Shown piece after piece: positions 16,966-26,900 of a stretch of 40,505 nt of DNA. The position numbers were made by a program, and so were the translations under genes. The stretch is taken from assembly GCA_964358795.1 (NCBI GenBank), contig CAYHRK010000004.1:1-40505 (forward strand), read 5' to 3'. Under the pieces are notes generated by a model that saw only the letters and a program-made list of their open reading frames with translations, made no database searches and had not been told where the DNA came from. This DNA comes from an uncultured Vicinamibacterales bacterium (GTDB lineage: Bacteria; Acidobacteriota; Vicinamibacteria; Vicinamibacterales; JAKQTR01). The first letter of the stretch is position 1. The number at the start of each line of letters is the position of its first letter.

Positions 16966-17988
16966 ATGAGGGACCGCCACCAGCTGACCCTGTTCGAGCC
17001 GGATTCAAGCTCCCCCACGAAACGCGCCGGAACGGCTGCCTGGCCCTCGCCCGGTTCGGCCCTCGAACAACGGTACGAACGATTTCGGGTGCTGGCTGCC
17101 AGTCTGCCGGCCACCCTCCGCATGGGCACCAGTTCCTGGAGTTTCCCGGGCTGGCAGGGCATCGTGTACGCGCGAAAACGATCGGCGTCGATGCTGGCGA
17201 AGGAGGGACTGCACGAGTACTCGCAGCACCCGCTGCTACGGACGGTGGGGATCGATCGCAGCTACTATTCGCCGGTTCCGGCCGACGATCTGCTGCGTTA
17301 CGCCGAACAGTTGCCGGAAGGATTCCCGTGCTGTGCCAAGGCGCCGGCGGCGGTCACCGCGCCGACGCTGCAGGGCATGGGTCGCCACAGCGCAAACCCC
17401 GACTTCCTGTCGGCATCGCGTTTCATCACCGACATGGTGGAGCCGTTCGCCCGATCCTTCCGCCGCCATCTCGGTCCATTCATCCTGCAGTTTTCTCCGC
17501 CGCCTCGCTCCCAATCGACCGATCCGACCGCGTTCATCGAGAACCTTGACCGATTCCTGGAGCAGGTGCCCTGCGAATTTTCGTACGCCATCGAAATCCG
17601 TGATCGGTGGGCGCTATGCGGAACGTATCGCGATGTGTTGCATCGCCATCAGTGTGGCCACGTCTACAACTACTGGTCGGCCATGCCGCTGCCTGCCGCC
17701 CAGGCGAACACGATACCGCCCGAGTCGCAGCCGTTCGTCATGGTGCGCCTGCTGTTGAGGCCCGGCGCCTGGTACGAGGAACAGCGTCAGGTGTTTGCGC
17801 CCTTTGACAAGCTGGTCGAGCCCGACGTGGCGATGCGCCGCGATGTCCTGGACATCATCAGGCGTGCCGCCACCGGCAGCCGTCAGACCTACCTGTTGGT
17901 GAACAACAAGGCTGAAGGGTCGGCTCCGTTGACCATCGAGGCGCTGGCGGAGCGATATGTCGCCGATCAGGCCGGCAGTCCCACGTAG
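16966..17988 (+). CDS. DUF72 family protein
   Basis: LRMGTSSWSFPGWQGIVY, then VGIDRSYYSPVPADDLLRYAEQLPEGFPCCAKAP, matches the DUF72 N-terminal pattern (GTSGW..W.g.fY...N.tfY). The start is uncertain; the ATG at 17122 is an alternative. Confidence 0.65.
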   Translation: MRDRHQLTLFEPDSSSPTKRAGTAAWPSPGSALEQRYERFRVLAASLPATLRMGTSSWSFPGWQGIVYARKRSASMLAKEGLHEYSQHPLLRTVGIDRSYYSPVPADDLLRYAEQLPEGFPCCAKAPAAVTAPTLQGMGRHSANPDFLSASRFITDMVEPFARSFRRHLGPFILQFSPPPRSQSTDPTAFIENLDRFLEQVPCEFSYAIEIRDRWALCGTYRDVLHRHQCGHVYNYWSAMPLPAAQANTIPPESQPFVMVRLLLRPGAWYEEQRQVFAPFDKLVEPDVAMRRDVLDIIRRAATGSRQTYLLVNNKAEGSAPLTIEALAERYVADQAGSPT

Positions 17989-18063
17989 CAACGGGCAGCG
18001 GCCCGAACACGTTCGAGTCGCCGCCCGTTAGACGTTGCGCTGCCGCGCGATCGGAGGTCCAGA

Positions 18064-19299
18064 CTATCGGACGACGTAGCGCAGCCCGCCCCAGAACTGG
18101 TAGTTGTTCTGGATGTCGCTGGCGTTGTCGAACAAGATGCGTCCCTCGCCCACGAAGTACAGCTTGTTCAACTTGGCATTGGTCCAGATCTGGTGGCCAA
18201 ACTGCACCGACATAGTCGGCGTGATCCAGCTGCCGTGATTGATGTCCCACACGCCGAGGCCGGCGCCCACGTAGCTCTTCTCGCTCATCACGTAGTTGGC
18301 TTCGACTTCGCCAAACAGGCTGCTGTGGCCACCCGTCTTGAAGTTCAGCGCCACGCCCATCGACGGGGCGATCTTGAAGGTGGGCGACACCTTGTACTCC
18401 GCTCCAAACTTCACGCCAAATAGCGGTGCGCACTCTGATGTCAGCACAGTCTTGGAGGCCACGTCTTCGTTGCGCGTCCGGCGTTCCTTGCCAAACAGCG
18501 GCGAGACGAACCAGTCCACCTTGGCCTTCTGTACGGCTGCCAGTCGCTCGGCCTCGGCCTTCTCGGCGGCAGCCTTGTCGGCGGCAGCCTTCTCAGCGGC
18601 AGCCCTTTCGGCAGCGGCCTTTTCCTTGGCGAGGCGCTCGGCTTCGAGGCGTTCGCGCTCGCGTCGCTCGGCATCGAGGCGTGCACGCTCGGCAGCGGCG
18701 GCACGTTCGGCCGCCAGGCGGTCAGCCTCGGCCTTGTCACGAGCGGCCTTCTCGGCATCCAGGCGAGCCTTCTCGCGGCTCGGTTCGCTTGAGACGAGCG
18801 AGATGTTCGCGCACGGCTTCGGCACGATGAACGTATAGGTCTGGTTCAGGTCGTCGATGACAAAGGTGAATCCCTGAAACGGCTTCTTGCCGCCCCACTT
18901 CACGTTGCGCATGAGATCCGGCCTCGTGCCACCGCGGCGGAATGCCATCCAGGCCATCGTGCTGCCAGGCTGGACATCGCCTTCCTTCAGCTGATCGGGT
19001 GCCGCTTTGCTGAGAATCTCGATCACCGTCGGCGTCAACGACGACAAGCCAGCCTTGTCGAACACCGCGGTCAGGCCCGCCTGCGTACGTTTCTTCGCCG
19101 CCCATTTTTGCACCGCCGCGGCGTCCTTCAGTGGTGGGTTGAACCGGTTGCCCCCGCCTAACCGGGTCAGCGTCTTGTAGGTGTTGCCACCGGTCTGGGC
19201 GGCGGCAGTGCCGGAAGCCAGCAAATCCAAAGCGCCCGCCAGCGCGACGATCAGCGCTAGCGCGACGACGAAACGAGGCATACGAGACTTCGGCATCAT
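18064..19299 (-). CDS. Secreted three-part protein: N-terminal globular domain, charged Ala/Glu/Arg/Lys helix, C-terminal beta-barrel-like domain
   Basis: Start chosen at ATGATG 19294-19299, with GGAGA 8 nt upstream. Signal peptide PRFVVALALIVALAGALDLLASGTAAAQ. Residues roughly 183-270 are pure E/R/K/A. The C-terminal 150 aa show alternating hydrophobic beta-strand patterning (KFGAEYKVSPTFKIAPSMGVALNF .. YQFWGGLRYVVR). Confidence 0.7.
   Translation of the reverse strand: MMPKSRMPRFVVALALIVALAGALDLLASGTAAAQTGGNTYKTLTRLGGGNRFNPPLKDAAAVQKWAAKKRTQAGLTAVFDKAGLSSLTPTVIEILSKAAPDQLKEGDVQPGSTMAWMAFRRGGTRPDLMRNVKWGGKKPFQGFTFVIDDLNQTYTFIVPKPCANISLVSSEPSREKARLDAEKAARDKAEADRLAAERAAAAERARLDAERRERERLEAERLAKEKAAAERAAAEKAAADKAAAEKAEAERLAAVQKAKVDWFVSPLFGKERRTRNEDVASKTVLTSECAPLFGVKFGAEYKVSPTFKIAPSMGVALNFKTGGHSSLFGEVEANYVMSEKSYVGAGLGVWDINHGSWITPTMSVQFGHQIWTNAKLNKLYFVGEGRILFDNASDIQNNYQFWGGLRYVVR
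18517..18780 (-). repeat. Degenerate tandem coding repeats (about 15-nt period) encoding the (A/E/K/R)n helix
   Basis: Plus-strand text repeats ggcggcagccttgtc / ggcggcagccttctc / agcggcagccctttc and cgctcggc..tcgaggcg units. Translation is AEKAAAERAAAEKAAADKAAAEKAEAERLAA. Boundaries are approximate. Confidence 0.6.
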
Positions 19300-19476
19300 G
19301 ACGGCAATCTCCAAGTGGGAGCTCACTCAAGTTCCCGGTCCGGCTGCTGGGATGGCCGAACCAACCCAAGCATGAAGTCGCTTGATTTTACAGGGATCGG
19401 CCCAAACCGTGCAAGCAGTATGATTTGTGGGGTCAAGCCAACCGTGGCCTCGCCTGTTCGAGAGGGTTACAATCGC

Positions 19477-20919
19477 ATGAATGGCGCTGAGCGCTACGTG
19501 TTCGGAGGACAGATGCCTCATGTCGTCGTGGTGGGTGCCGGCGTGTCTGGCCTTACCCTCGCGTACCAGCTCGCTAGGCAAGGCTACCGCGTCACGGTGG
19601 TGGAGCGCGACCCTGTGGTCGGTGGGCTGGCTCGATCCTGGCACTACGGCGATTTCCATTTCGACGTAGGCCCCCACCGGTTTCACACCGAAAACACCCG
19701 GGTCGCCAACTTCATCCGCGACATTCTTGGGGACGAGGCGCTCGAAATCCAGCGCAAGAGCGGCGTCCGGATGTTCGGAGGCTTCCATGAGTGGCCGCTG
19801 CGGCCCAGCGTGTTGTTGTCCATGCCGTTTTCGCTGATGCTGCGCGGAGCGCGCGACATGCTGCGTCGCGAACACATGGATGGCGAGTCGTTCGAGGCCG
19901 ATGTCATCAACAAGTACGGCCGCACGCTCTACTCGATCTTCTTTGAGCCGTACACCGAGAAATTCCTGTTCCACTCGCCGCGTGTGTTGCATCGTGACTG
20001 GGGCCGGGCCGGCGTGAATCGGGCCGTGATCGACCAGCGCGCCAGTGCCGACAACCTGTGGTCGTTGTTGAAAACCACGCTGCTGCCCAAGCCGGTCGAG
20101 ACGACCTTCCTCTATCCGCCAACCGGCGTAGGACGATTCTCGGTCAAGCTGGCTGAAGGCATTGCGCGGGCTGGCGGGGGTGTGATGCTTGGGTCTCCCG
20201 TCTCCGGTTTGGAAACCAATGGCTCGTCGATCACCGGGGTGCTCACCGGAGGCGAGCGGCTGCCGTGCAACGGCGTTGTCTGGACGGCGCCAATCACCCT
20301 GGCGAATGCGTTTCTCGGTCTCGAGGGCGTCAAGCTCGACTTTCTGGCCACGATTTTCTACAACTTCGAGATCAGAAAGCCCGCCAAGCTCGATTTTCAG
20401 TGGACCTATTACGGCGGCGACGAGATTTTTTCGCGAGTCTCGATCCCTGTGGCGTTCGCCAAGACGATGGCGCCGCCAGGCACCCACGGATTGTGCGTGG
20501 AGGTGACGTGCCGGCAGAATGACGCACGCTGGACAAATCCTGAATCGCTGGTCCAACCGGTCATCGCCGACCTGGTGCGCACAAGCACGATCGACCGCGC
20601 GCAGGACGTGTCGGCGGTGCACATCGAACGGATGCCGCAGACGTACCCCATCTATTCACTCGACTACTTCGGCGAGTTGACGCGAAACCTGCGTGCGCTG
20701 GCCCGCTATCGAAACTTGTTGATGGTCGGCCGGTCGGGCCGGTTCTGGTACAACAACATGGATCACTCCATCGGCCAGGGTCTGACGATGGCCGACAAGA
20801 TCCTGCGAGGCGATACCTTCGCCCAAATGGACTCCGGCGACCGGGAGTTCTGGCAGGCTCCCGAACAACCTGTGCCGACTGCCGACATGCCGGACGTCGA
20901 CGCGCCGATTCTAGACTAG
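19477..20919 (+). CDS. FAD-dependent oxidoreductase, UDP-galactopyranose-mutase-like / amine-oxidase fold
   Basis: Rossmann motif HVVVVGAGVSGLTLAYQLARQGYRVTVVERDPVVGGLA. C-terminal GRSGRFWYNNMDHSIGQG resembles the Glf-type GR.G.y.Y.nMD motif. Start is either the ATG at 19477 (GAGGG upstream) or the ATG at 19513 (GGAGG 4 nt upstream). The track start at 19315 is implausible. Confidence 0.8.
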   Translation: MNGAERYVFGGQMPHVVVVGAGVSGLTLAYQLARQGYRVTVVERDPVVGGLARSWHYGDFHFDVGPHRFHTENTRVANFIRDILGDEALEIQRKSGVRMFGGFHEWPLRPSVLLSMPFSLMLRGARDMLRREHMDGESFEADVINKYGRTLYSIFFEPYTEKFLFHSPRVLHRDWGRAGVNRAVIDQRASADNLWSLLKTTLLPKPVETTFLYPPTGVGRFSVKLAEGIARAGGGVMLGSPVSGLETNGSSITGVLTGGERLPCNGVVWTAPITLANAFLGLEGVKLDFLATIFYNFEIRKPAKLDFQWTYYGGDEIFSRVSIPVAFAKTMAPPGTHGLCVEVTCRQNDARWTNPESLVQPVIADLVRTSTIDRAQDVSAVHIERMPQTYPIYSLDYFGELTRNLRALARYRNLLMVGRSGRFWYNNMDHSIGQGLTMADKILRGDTFAQMDSGDREFWQAPEQPVPTADMPDVDAPILD

Positions 20920-20930
20920 CCGAGGACCCG

Positions 20931-23021
20931 ATGCCGGATCATCCTCGCCCACTTCCGGCGCCGGCAGATCCCGGATGGCTGTTGCCGGCGGCAGCATGGC
21001 TGCTGGCGGCTTCGGTCCTGGGTCTGTCGTGGCTGTTTGCCGGGCCGATCGGGGGCCTGGCATATCTGGTGGTCTATCTGCTTGCCATGCTGCCAGGGTT
21101 GCCGGTTGGCTTCGCCCTGTTCGGCCGGCAGCAGGCCGCAGGTTGGATCGCAGGCGGTGTGCTGGGATACATGCTGACGGCGGTGGCCATCTGGGCTGTC
21201 GTGGCCGCCGGCATGCCTCGCGTGATGGTGTTCCTGGCGGCATGGGCCGTGTTGTCGGCGGCGACCTGGGCTGCCTACCTGGCGTTCGGCCGTGAACCGG
21301 TGGTTCTCTTGCCGCGCTGGTGCCGCCAGGACACGTTAGCCGTGCTCGTCGTGCTGCTGATGGTTCCGGCGCTGATGGGACCGACAGTCGGCAACATCGG
21401 CGCGCGCGACGAGATGGGACAGGAGCGGTACCGTGCCTACTTTACGGCCGACTTCCTCTGGCACGTCGCTTTGACGGCCGAACTGGCACGCTTCGAGATG
21501 CCGCCGAAAGATCCGTACGCCGGCGATCGCGACCTGAGCTACTACTGGGCGTATTTCCTGCTTCCCGGCGCCGCGTTTGGGACCAATCCAGGTGGCCTCT
21601 GGAGCGACCCGCAGCCCATCCTGAAGGTGAACAACCTGCTGTCGGGTTTGTTGTTTATCGGCACGATCGCGGTGTTCGTCTGGACGTTTGTGCCGCGCGC
21701 CGGAGCCATGGCGGCGGCCGTCGCGCTCAGCGCCCTGGCTGCCAGCGCCGAAGGCGCCTTTGCGATCGCCAGCGCCTGGTCGGCTGGGCGTTCACTGGCA
21801 AGCTTGCGCGAGTTGAATGCCGACGCCGTGACGGCCTGGGTGTTCCAGGGCCTCACGGTTGACGGACTGCCGCGGTCGCTGTGGTACACGCCGCAGCATG
21901 CGATGGCCAGTGGACTGGGTCTTGTTGCGCTCATCGTGGCGGCCGCGTCTCCACGGGGCGTGCGCCGGTCCGGGGCCCTGCTGGCCGGGCTGGCGCTTGG
22001 ACTGGCGCTTCTGTGCAGTCCATTTCTGGGAGGCGCCTTCTCGGTGATCTACGGTCTCGGGGTCCTGTGCTCGCGACATGGCAGCTGGAGCAGCACACAC
22101 CAGGCGTTGATGGTGCACGCCATGGCCGCCGTTCCGGTGGGGATCGCCTACTGGTGTGCCAGCTCCAGTCAGATGTTCGAGGGCGCCGGTGCCGCGCTGA
22201 GCATCGGGTATGCGGGACCGATCACTCGTGCCCCGCTCGTCACGCCGCTGCTGGCACTGGGGCCCCTGCTGGCCGCGGCCCTCGTCGGTCTGGTCGCCGG
22301 GCGCAGACGATTCGTCACGTCCATGGCGCCCGTTGTCGTGGGCGTGGTCGTTGGTGCCGGCCTGTTGTACTTCGTCACGCTCCCGGGCGGCGACATGGTG
22401 TGGATCGGCTGGCGCGCCGGGCAGATCCTGCTGCTGACGTTGACGCCGCTTGCGGCGGCAGGTATGGCGCGGGCGCAGGATGCGAGAACACTCCGCCCGC
22501 TGATGCGGATGGCATATGTGATGCTGTTCGTCGTGGGGTTGCCGACGACCGTTATCGACACCTATAACGCGCAGGACATCTGGAATCGCATGATGGGGCC
22601 GGGTTTCCGGTGGACCGTGGTGGTGACTCCGGCCGAACGCCATGCCGTCGATTGGATCCGGGCAGAGACGTCGCCCGATGCCATCGTACAAATGGAACCA
22701 GTGGCGCGCGGCCGGGAGACGTGGACGCACATTCCCACCTTCGCACTCCGGCGGATGGCCGCCGGACTGCCCATCTCCCTCTTGAAGAAACCCGTCTACG
22801 AAGAGCGATCGCAACGGGTGCGCGAATTGTACAGCACCGAGGATCCCCGCCACGCGTGGAACATCGCGAAGGGCTACCACATCGACTACCTGTACATGGA
22901 TTCCGCCGAGCGCCGTGCGTACGGCACCAGCCTCGAAAAATTCGACGACGCTCCGCAGTATTTCGCGCGCGTGTTCCGCGAAGGAGACGTGTCGATATAC
23001 CGGGTCGTCGATCGAGAGTAA
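20931..23021 (+). CDS. Large polytopic membrane protein with C-terminal soluble domain, possibly a GT-C-type glycosyltransferase
   Basis: 696 aa with at least 12 hydrophobic segments. The first large loop carries acidic/aromatic motifs (ARDEMGQERYRAYFTADFLWH, PPKDPYAGDRDLSYYWAY). About 130 aa of hydrophilic C-terminus. GAGGA lies 4 nt before the ATG, 11 nt after the flavoenzyme stop. Confidence 0.7.
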   Translation: MPDHPRPLPAPADPGWLLPAAAWLLAASVLGLSWLFAGPIGGLAYLVVYLLAMLPGLPVGFALFGRQQAAGWIAGGVLGYMLTAVAIWAVVAAGMPRVMVFLAAWAVLSAATWAAYLAFGREPVVLLPRWCRQDTLAVLVVLLMVPALMGPTVGNIGARDEMGQERYRAYFTADFLWHVALTAELARFEMPPKDPYAGDRDLSYYWAYFLLPGAAFGTNPGGLWSDPQPILKVNNLLSGLLFIGTIAVFVWTFVPRAGAMAAAVALSALAASAEGAFAIASAWSAGRSLASLRELNADAVTAWVFQGLTVDGLPRSLWYTPQHAMASGLGLVALIVAAASPRGVRRSGALLAGLALGLALLCSPFLGGAFSVIYGLGVLCSRHGSWSSTHQALMVHAMAAVPVGIAYWCASSSQMFEGAGAALSIGYAGPITRAPLVTPLLALGPLLAAALVGLVAGRRRFVTSMAPVVVGVVVGAGLLYFVTLPGGDMVWIGWRAGQILLLTLTPLAAAGMARAQDARTLRPLMRMAYVMLFVVGLPTTVIDTYNAQDIWNRMMGPGFRWTVVVTPAERHAVDWIRAETSPDAIVQMEPVARGRETWTHIPTFALRRMAAGLPISLLKKPVYEERSQRVRELYSTEDPRHAWNIAKGYHIDYLYMDSAERRAYGTSLEKFDDAPQYFARVFREGDVSIYRVVDRE

Positions 23022-23086
23022 CGCCGGACTACAACGACGCGATCAGGCCCCCCGCGCCGGAGCGGCCACGGCGGCAGCCAGACGCC

Positions 23087-23890
23087 CTACTTTCGAGCTT
23101 CGTACCGGAGCTGTGCATCCCCCAGCGCGATGGTGTCGCCGTCAGACAGTTGCCGCTCAGCCATCCGGGCTCCATTCACGACGGTCCCGTTCTGCGAGCC
23201 CAAGTCTCGCAACAGGAATCCCTGGACGTTGGCCATCACCACAGCGTGATGACGCGAGATGCCGCGGCTCTGGACGCAAATGTCGTTGTCTTCGGCCCGG
23301 CCGATTCGCGCCGTGGCCCCGAGCGCATAGACTGCCGACTCGACACCCTCTCCCTCGACGTGCAACAGGCCTCTCGGCTCTGGCAGGCTCCCATCGCCGG
23401 TGGTCTCGCCCGGTCCGATCCGGCGTGTGTCGAGTCCCAGCATCGATTCTTCACTGCCGAAGGCTTCCACGAATCGGAGCTTCTGCTGGTCGAGCCGCTC
23501 GAGGCTCTGGCGGCACTCGTCCAGCTGGTTGACGGGACCGACCAGCCGTTCGGCCAGTTGCGCCGCGTCGAGTTCGCCAATCTGGCTGCGGAATTCGATT
23601 TCCTCCTTCTCAATGCGGGCGCGTTCCCGTGTGTGTTCGAGCGCCGCGTAGGCCTGACAAAGCGTATCGTACTCCACACGCGCCCGGACCCGCAGCGGTT
23701 CCGTGCTGGCATCAAGCGCGGCCAGCTTCGCCGCATAGTCATCCGACACGCGTTGATAGACTGCCTCGTCGACGTTGTCTTTCATCTGCTCGGCGCGGCG
23801 GCAGAACTCATCGAGGATACCCTGCTGCCGGTTGGCCTCGATCAACTGGTCCAGCACGTCGGTGTTAAGGTGAATCGAGTCGTCGGGCAT
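23087..23890 (-). CDS. FHA domain-containing protein with N-terminal coiled-coil region
   Basis: The C-terminal FHA domain reads ARIGRAEDNDICVQSRGISRHHAVVMANVQGFLLRDLGSQNGTVVNGARM. The N-terminal 150 aa are heptad-like and charged. GGAGA lies 8 nt before the ATG. Confidence 0.9.
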   Translation of the reverse strand: MPDDSIHLNTDVLDQLIEANRQQGILDEFCRRAEQMKDNVDEAVYQRVSDDYAAKLAALDASTEPLRVRARVEYDTLCQAYAALEHTRERARIEKEEIEFRSQIGELDAAQLAERLVGPVNQLDECRQSLERLDQQKLRFVEAFGSEESMLGLDTRRIGPGETTGDGSLPEPRGLLHVEGEGVESAVYALGATARIGRAEDNDICVQSRGISRHHAVVMANVQGFLLRDLGSQNGTVVNGARMAERQLSDGDTIALGDAQLRYEARK

Positions 23891-23950
23891 CGATGGTTTC
23901 TCCGCGAGGAGACGATAGCAAGAAGGATCGAGCCAATCAACTGCAGGATT

Positions 23951-26900
23951 CTACTTCACGAGGTCGCCCACGATGCGTGGTATGGTCTGGGTCGCATCGT
24001 TGATCTTGGCGATGTCACCAGTGATGATGCCGTTCAGCTTGACGGCCGCCTTGTCGGTCAGCTCCGCCAGTTCCTTCATGCGCAGCTTCTCGCCTTCGGT
24101 CAGCGGGCGAAACCCGCGCGCCACACCGCCGGCGATCGACTGCACGTCCTCGCGCAATCGCGGGTATTGGCGATACCCGAGTCCAGGAAGGGGCCGCGCC
24201 AGATCGGTGTCGCGAAACGCCTTCAGCTTGTCCAGCGCAGCTCTCACATCAGCGCGGTAGGCGGGAGCCGGCGACTGCGGCGCGATCGTCGCCTGGAAGG
24301 CCGTGAGCTGCGTCATCAGGCCGTCGACCCGGTCGATGATGGCATTCACGCGCCCCTGCATGGCCATCATGGTGAACGACGCATCCAGTTGCACCTGCAC
24401 GTCGGCTGGAGACGCCTGCACGGCCGGGTCGAGCACGACGCGCACCGTGCCGGTCAGCTCTTGCGCGCCTGCCTTCACCTTCACGCCGTACTCGCCGGGC
24501 AGGGCCATCGGGCCCTGGTTGCCGCCTCCGAACCGCTCAGCGATGGCTGGCGGCACATCCGCCATACCGGGTACCGGAGCTGCCGGCCGTGGAGCGGAGG
24601 GATTGTCGTATCGCAGGTTCCACACCACTCGAGTCACCCCGGCCGCCGCGCGCGGTTCGCGCAGGACCCGGACGGTCTTGCCCGCCTTGTCGGTGATGGT
24701 AATCGTGACCGGCTCGGGCGTCGAGTTCCTCAGGTACACATCGAAGTACGCTCCGGCTGGCGGATTGGGCGCCATCCAGTCGCGCTGGTTCGATCGGAAC
24801 ATCCCGGAGCTGGCGGCCCAGCGCACCGCCGGCCTGGTCGGGAAGAGGTATGCCTCGGTCTTCATCGCCTTGCCAAGCCCTTGCAGCGCGGCAGCATCGT
24901 CGAGAATGTAGAAGCCCCGGCCGTGCGTCGCGACGATGATGTCGTTGTCGCGCGGGTGGATGACGAGATCGCGCACCGGCACGGGCGGCATGTTGTTGCG
25001 AATGGAGACCCACCGCGCGCCATCGTCCCACGACGCGTACAGCCCGTTTTCGGTGCCCGCATAGAGCAGGCCCTTCGTGCGCAGGTCTTCGCGAATCACG
25101 TGCGACCATCCTCGAGCCGGCAGTCCAGTGGTGATCTTCGTCCACGTCTTTCCGAAGTCGGCCGTCCTGTAGAAGTACGGAGCGTAATCGTTGTCCTGCC
25201 AGTGGCTGGCCGACACGTAGGCCGTGCCCGCGTCGAACGGTGATGCGTCAACGGTGGAGATCCACGCGAATGTCGCCAGCCCGGGCGCGTCCTTGAAGGT
25301 GTTGGTCCAGGTCTTGCCGCCATCCCGGGTCACCTGCACGTTGCCATCGTCGGTGCCGACCCAGATCACATTCGGGTCCACTCGCGACGGACCGATGGCG
25401 ATAATCGTGCAGTGAAATTCGGCCGCGGTGTTGTCGGTGACGATCGGTCCGCCAGACGACTTCTGCTTGCTCTTGTCGTTGGTCGTGACATCGGGACTGA
25501 TCACGTCCCACGACTGGCCGTAGTTCCGGGTCCGGAACAGCACGTTGCCGCCGTAGTACACCGTCTTCGGATCCTGCGGAGACAAGACGATGGGGGCGTT
25601 CCAATTGAAGCGGTACTTCTGGGGCTCCATCCACTGGCCACTCGACCCGATGCCGGCGGGGTAGGGGTTGATCCCCCACGACGCCCCCGTGCGCGTGTCG
25701 GTGAGGCTGATCACGCCACCCTGAAGGTTGTTGTAGACCAGGTGCGGGGCCGACAGGTCGGGCACGGCGGAGAAGCCGTCGCCCCCGCCCACATTCACCC
25801 ACGCACTGGTTGGCGTGCCCGGCGCGCCAGGCGACTGGCTGGGTCCGCACCAGGTGCCGTTGTCCTGCAGGCCGCCGCACAGGCGATAGGGCGTCTGCAT
25901 GTCGTAGGCCACGTGATAGAACTGCGTGAACGGAATGTTGTTCAGCACGTCGAAGGTCTGCCCGCCGTCGTACGAGATCTGAAACCCGCCGTCATCGGCG
26001 CTGAGCACGCGCAGGGGGTTGGTCGGATCGATCCACATGCCCTGATGGTCGCCGTGCGTCCCGCTGCCGATGCGCACGAAGTTCCGGCCGCCATCCTCCG
26101 ACTTCAACAAGGGACCCGACAGGGCGTAAACCGTATTGGGATGCTGCGGATCAACCCGGATATCGCTGTAGTAGAACGGGCGGAAGTTGGTGTTCGGATC
26201 GTTGTTGACCATCCTCCACGTCGCGCCCGCATCATCGGTGCGCCACACTTCGCCTTCCACTGTGGTTTCGCTGATCACATAGACGATGTTCGGGTTGCTC
26301 TGCGCCACACTGATGCCGATGCGATCCATGGCCCCTTTGGGCAGGCCCCGGTTCGCGTTCGGGCCCGACAGTCGCGTCCACGTGGCACCGCCGTCCGATG
26401 ACTTGTAGACGGCCGTCTCGCCACCGCCCGACTCGGTGTACCAGGCCCACCGTCGGAAGGTGAACATGCCCGCGTACACGACATTCGCGTTGCCGGAGTC
26501 AATGTCCACATCCGAGCAGCCCGTCAGGTCGTTCTTGTAGAGCACTTTCTTCCAGGACCTGCCGCCGTCGACCGTCTTGAACAGGCCACGCTCCTCGTTG
26601 GGGCCCCAGGTGTGGCCCAGCGCACACACGTACGCCAGATCGGCATTCCGGGGGTCGACGACAATGCGGGCGATCTTGTCAGTGTCGGTCAGGCCCAACG
26701 GCGTCCAATGATCGCCGGCGTCGATGGACTTGTACACACCGTCTCCAACCGACGCGCTGTTGCGGGGATTGCCCTCGCCCGTGCCGACGTAGATCACACT
26801 CGGATCGGAGGGCGCAATGGCGATCGCGCCAATCGAGATGTTCGTCTGATCGTCGAAAATCGGTTTCCAGCTGACGCCGCCATTGGTGGTCTTGAAGATG

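Noticed and set aside
22610-25243. Very long ORFs antisense to, or out of frame with, real genes. Examples: 22610-25243(+) 877 aa, 177-2441(-) 754 aa, 8420-9889(-), 4637-5914(+), 36264-37637(-), 12374-13366(+).
   Set aside because: Their translations are Arg/His/Gly/Pro-rich with no motifs. They mirror genes that have clear domain content on the other strand or frame. Long spurious ORFs are expected in GC-rich DNA because stop codons are AT-rich.
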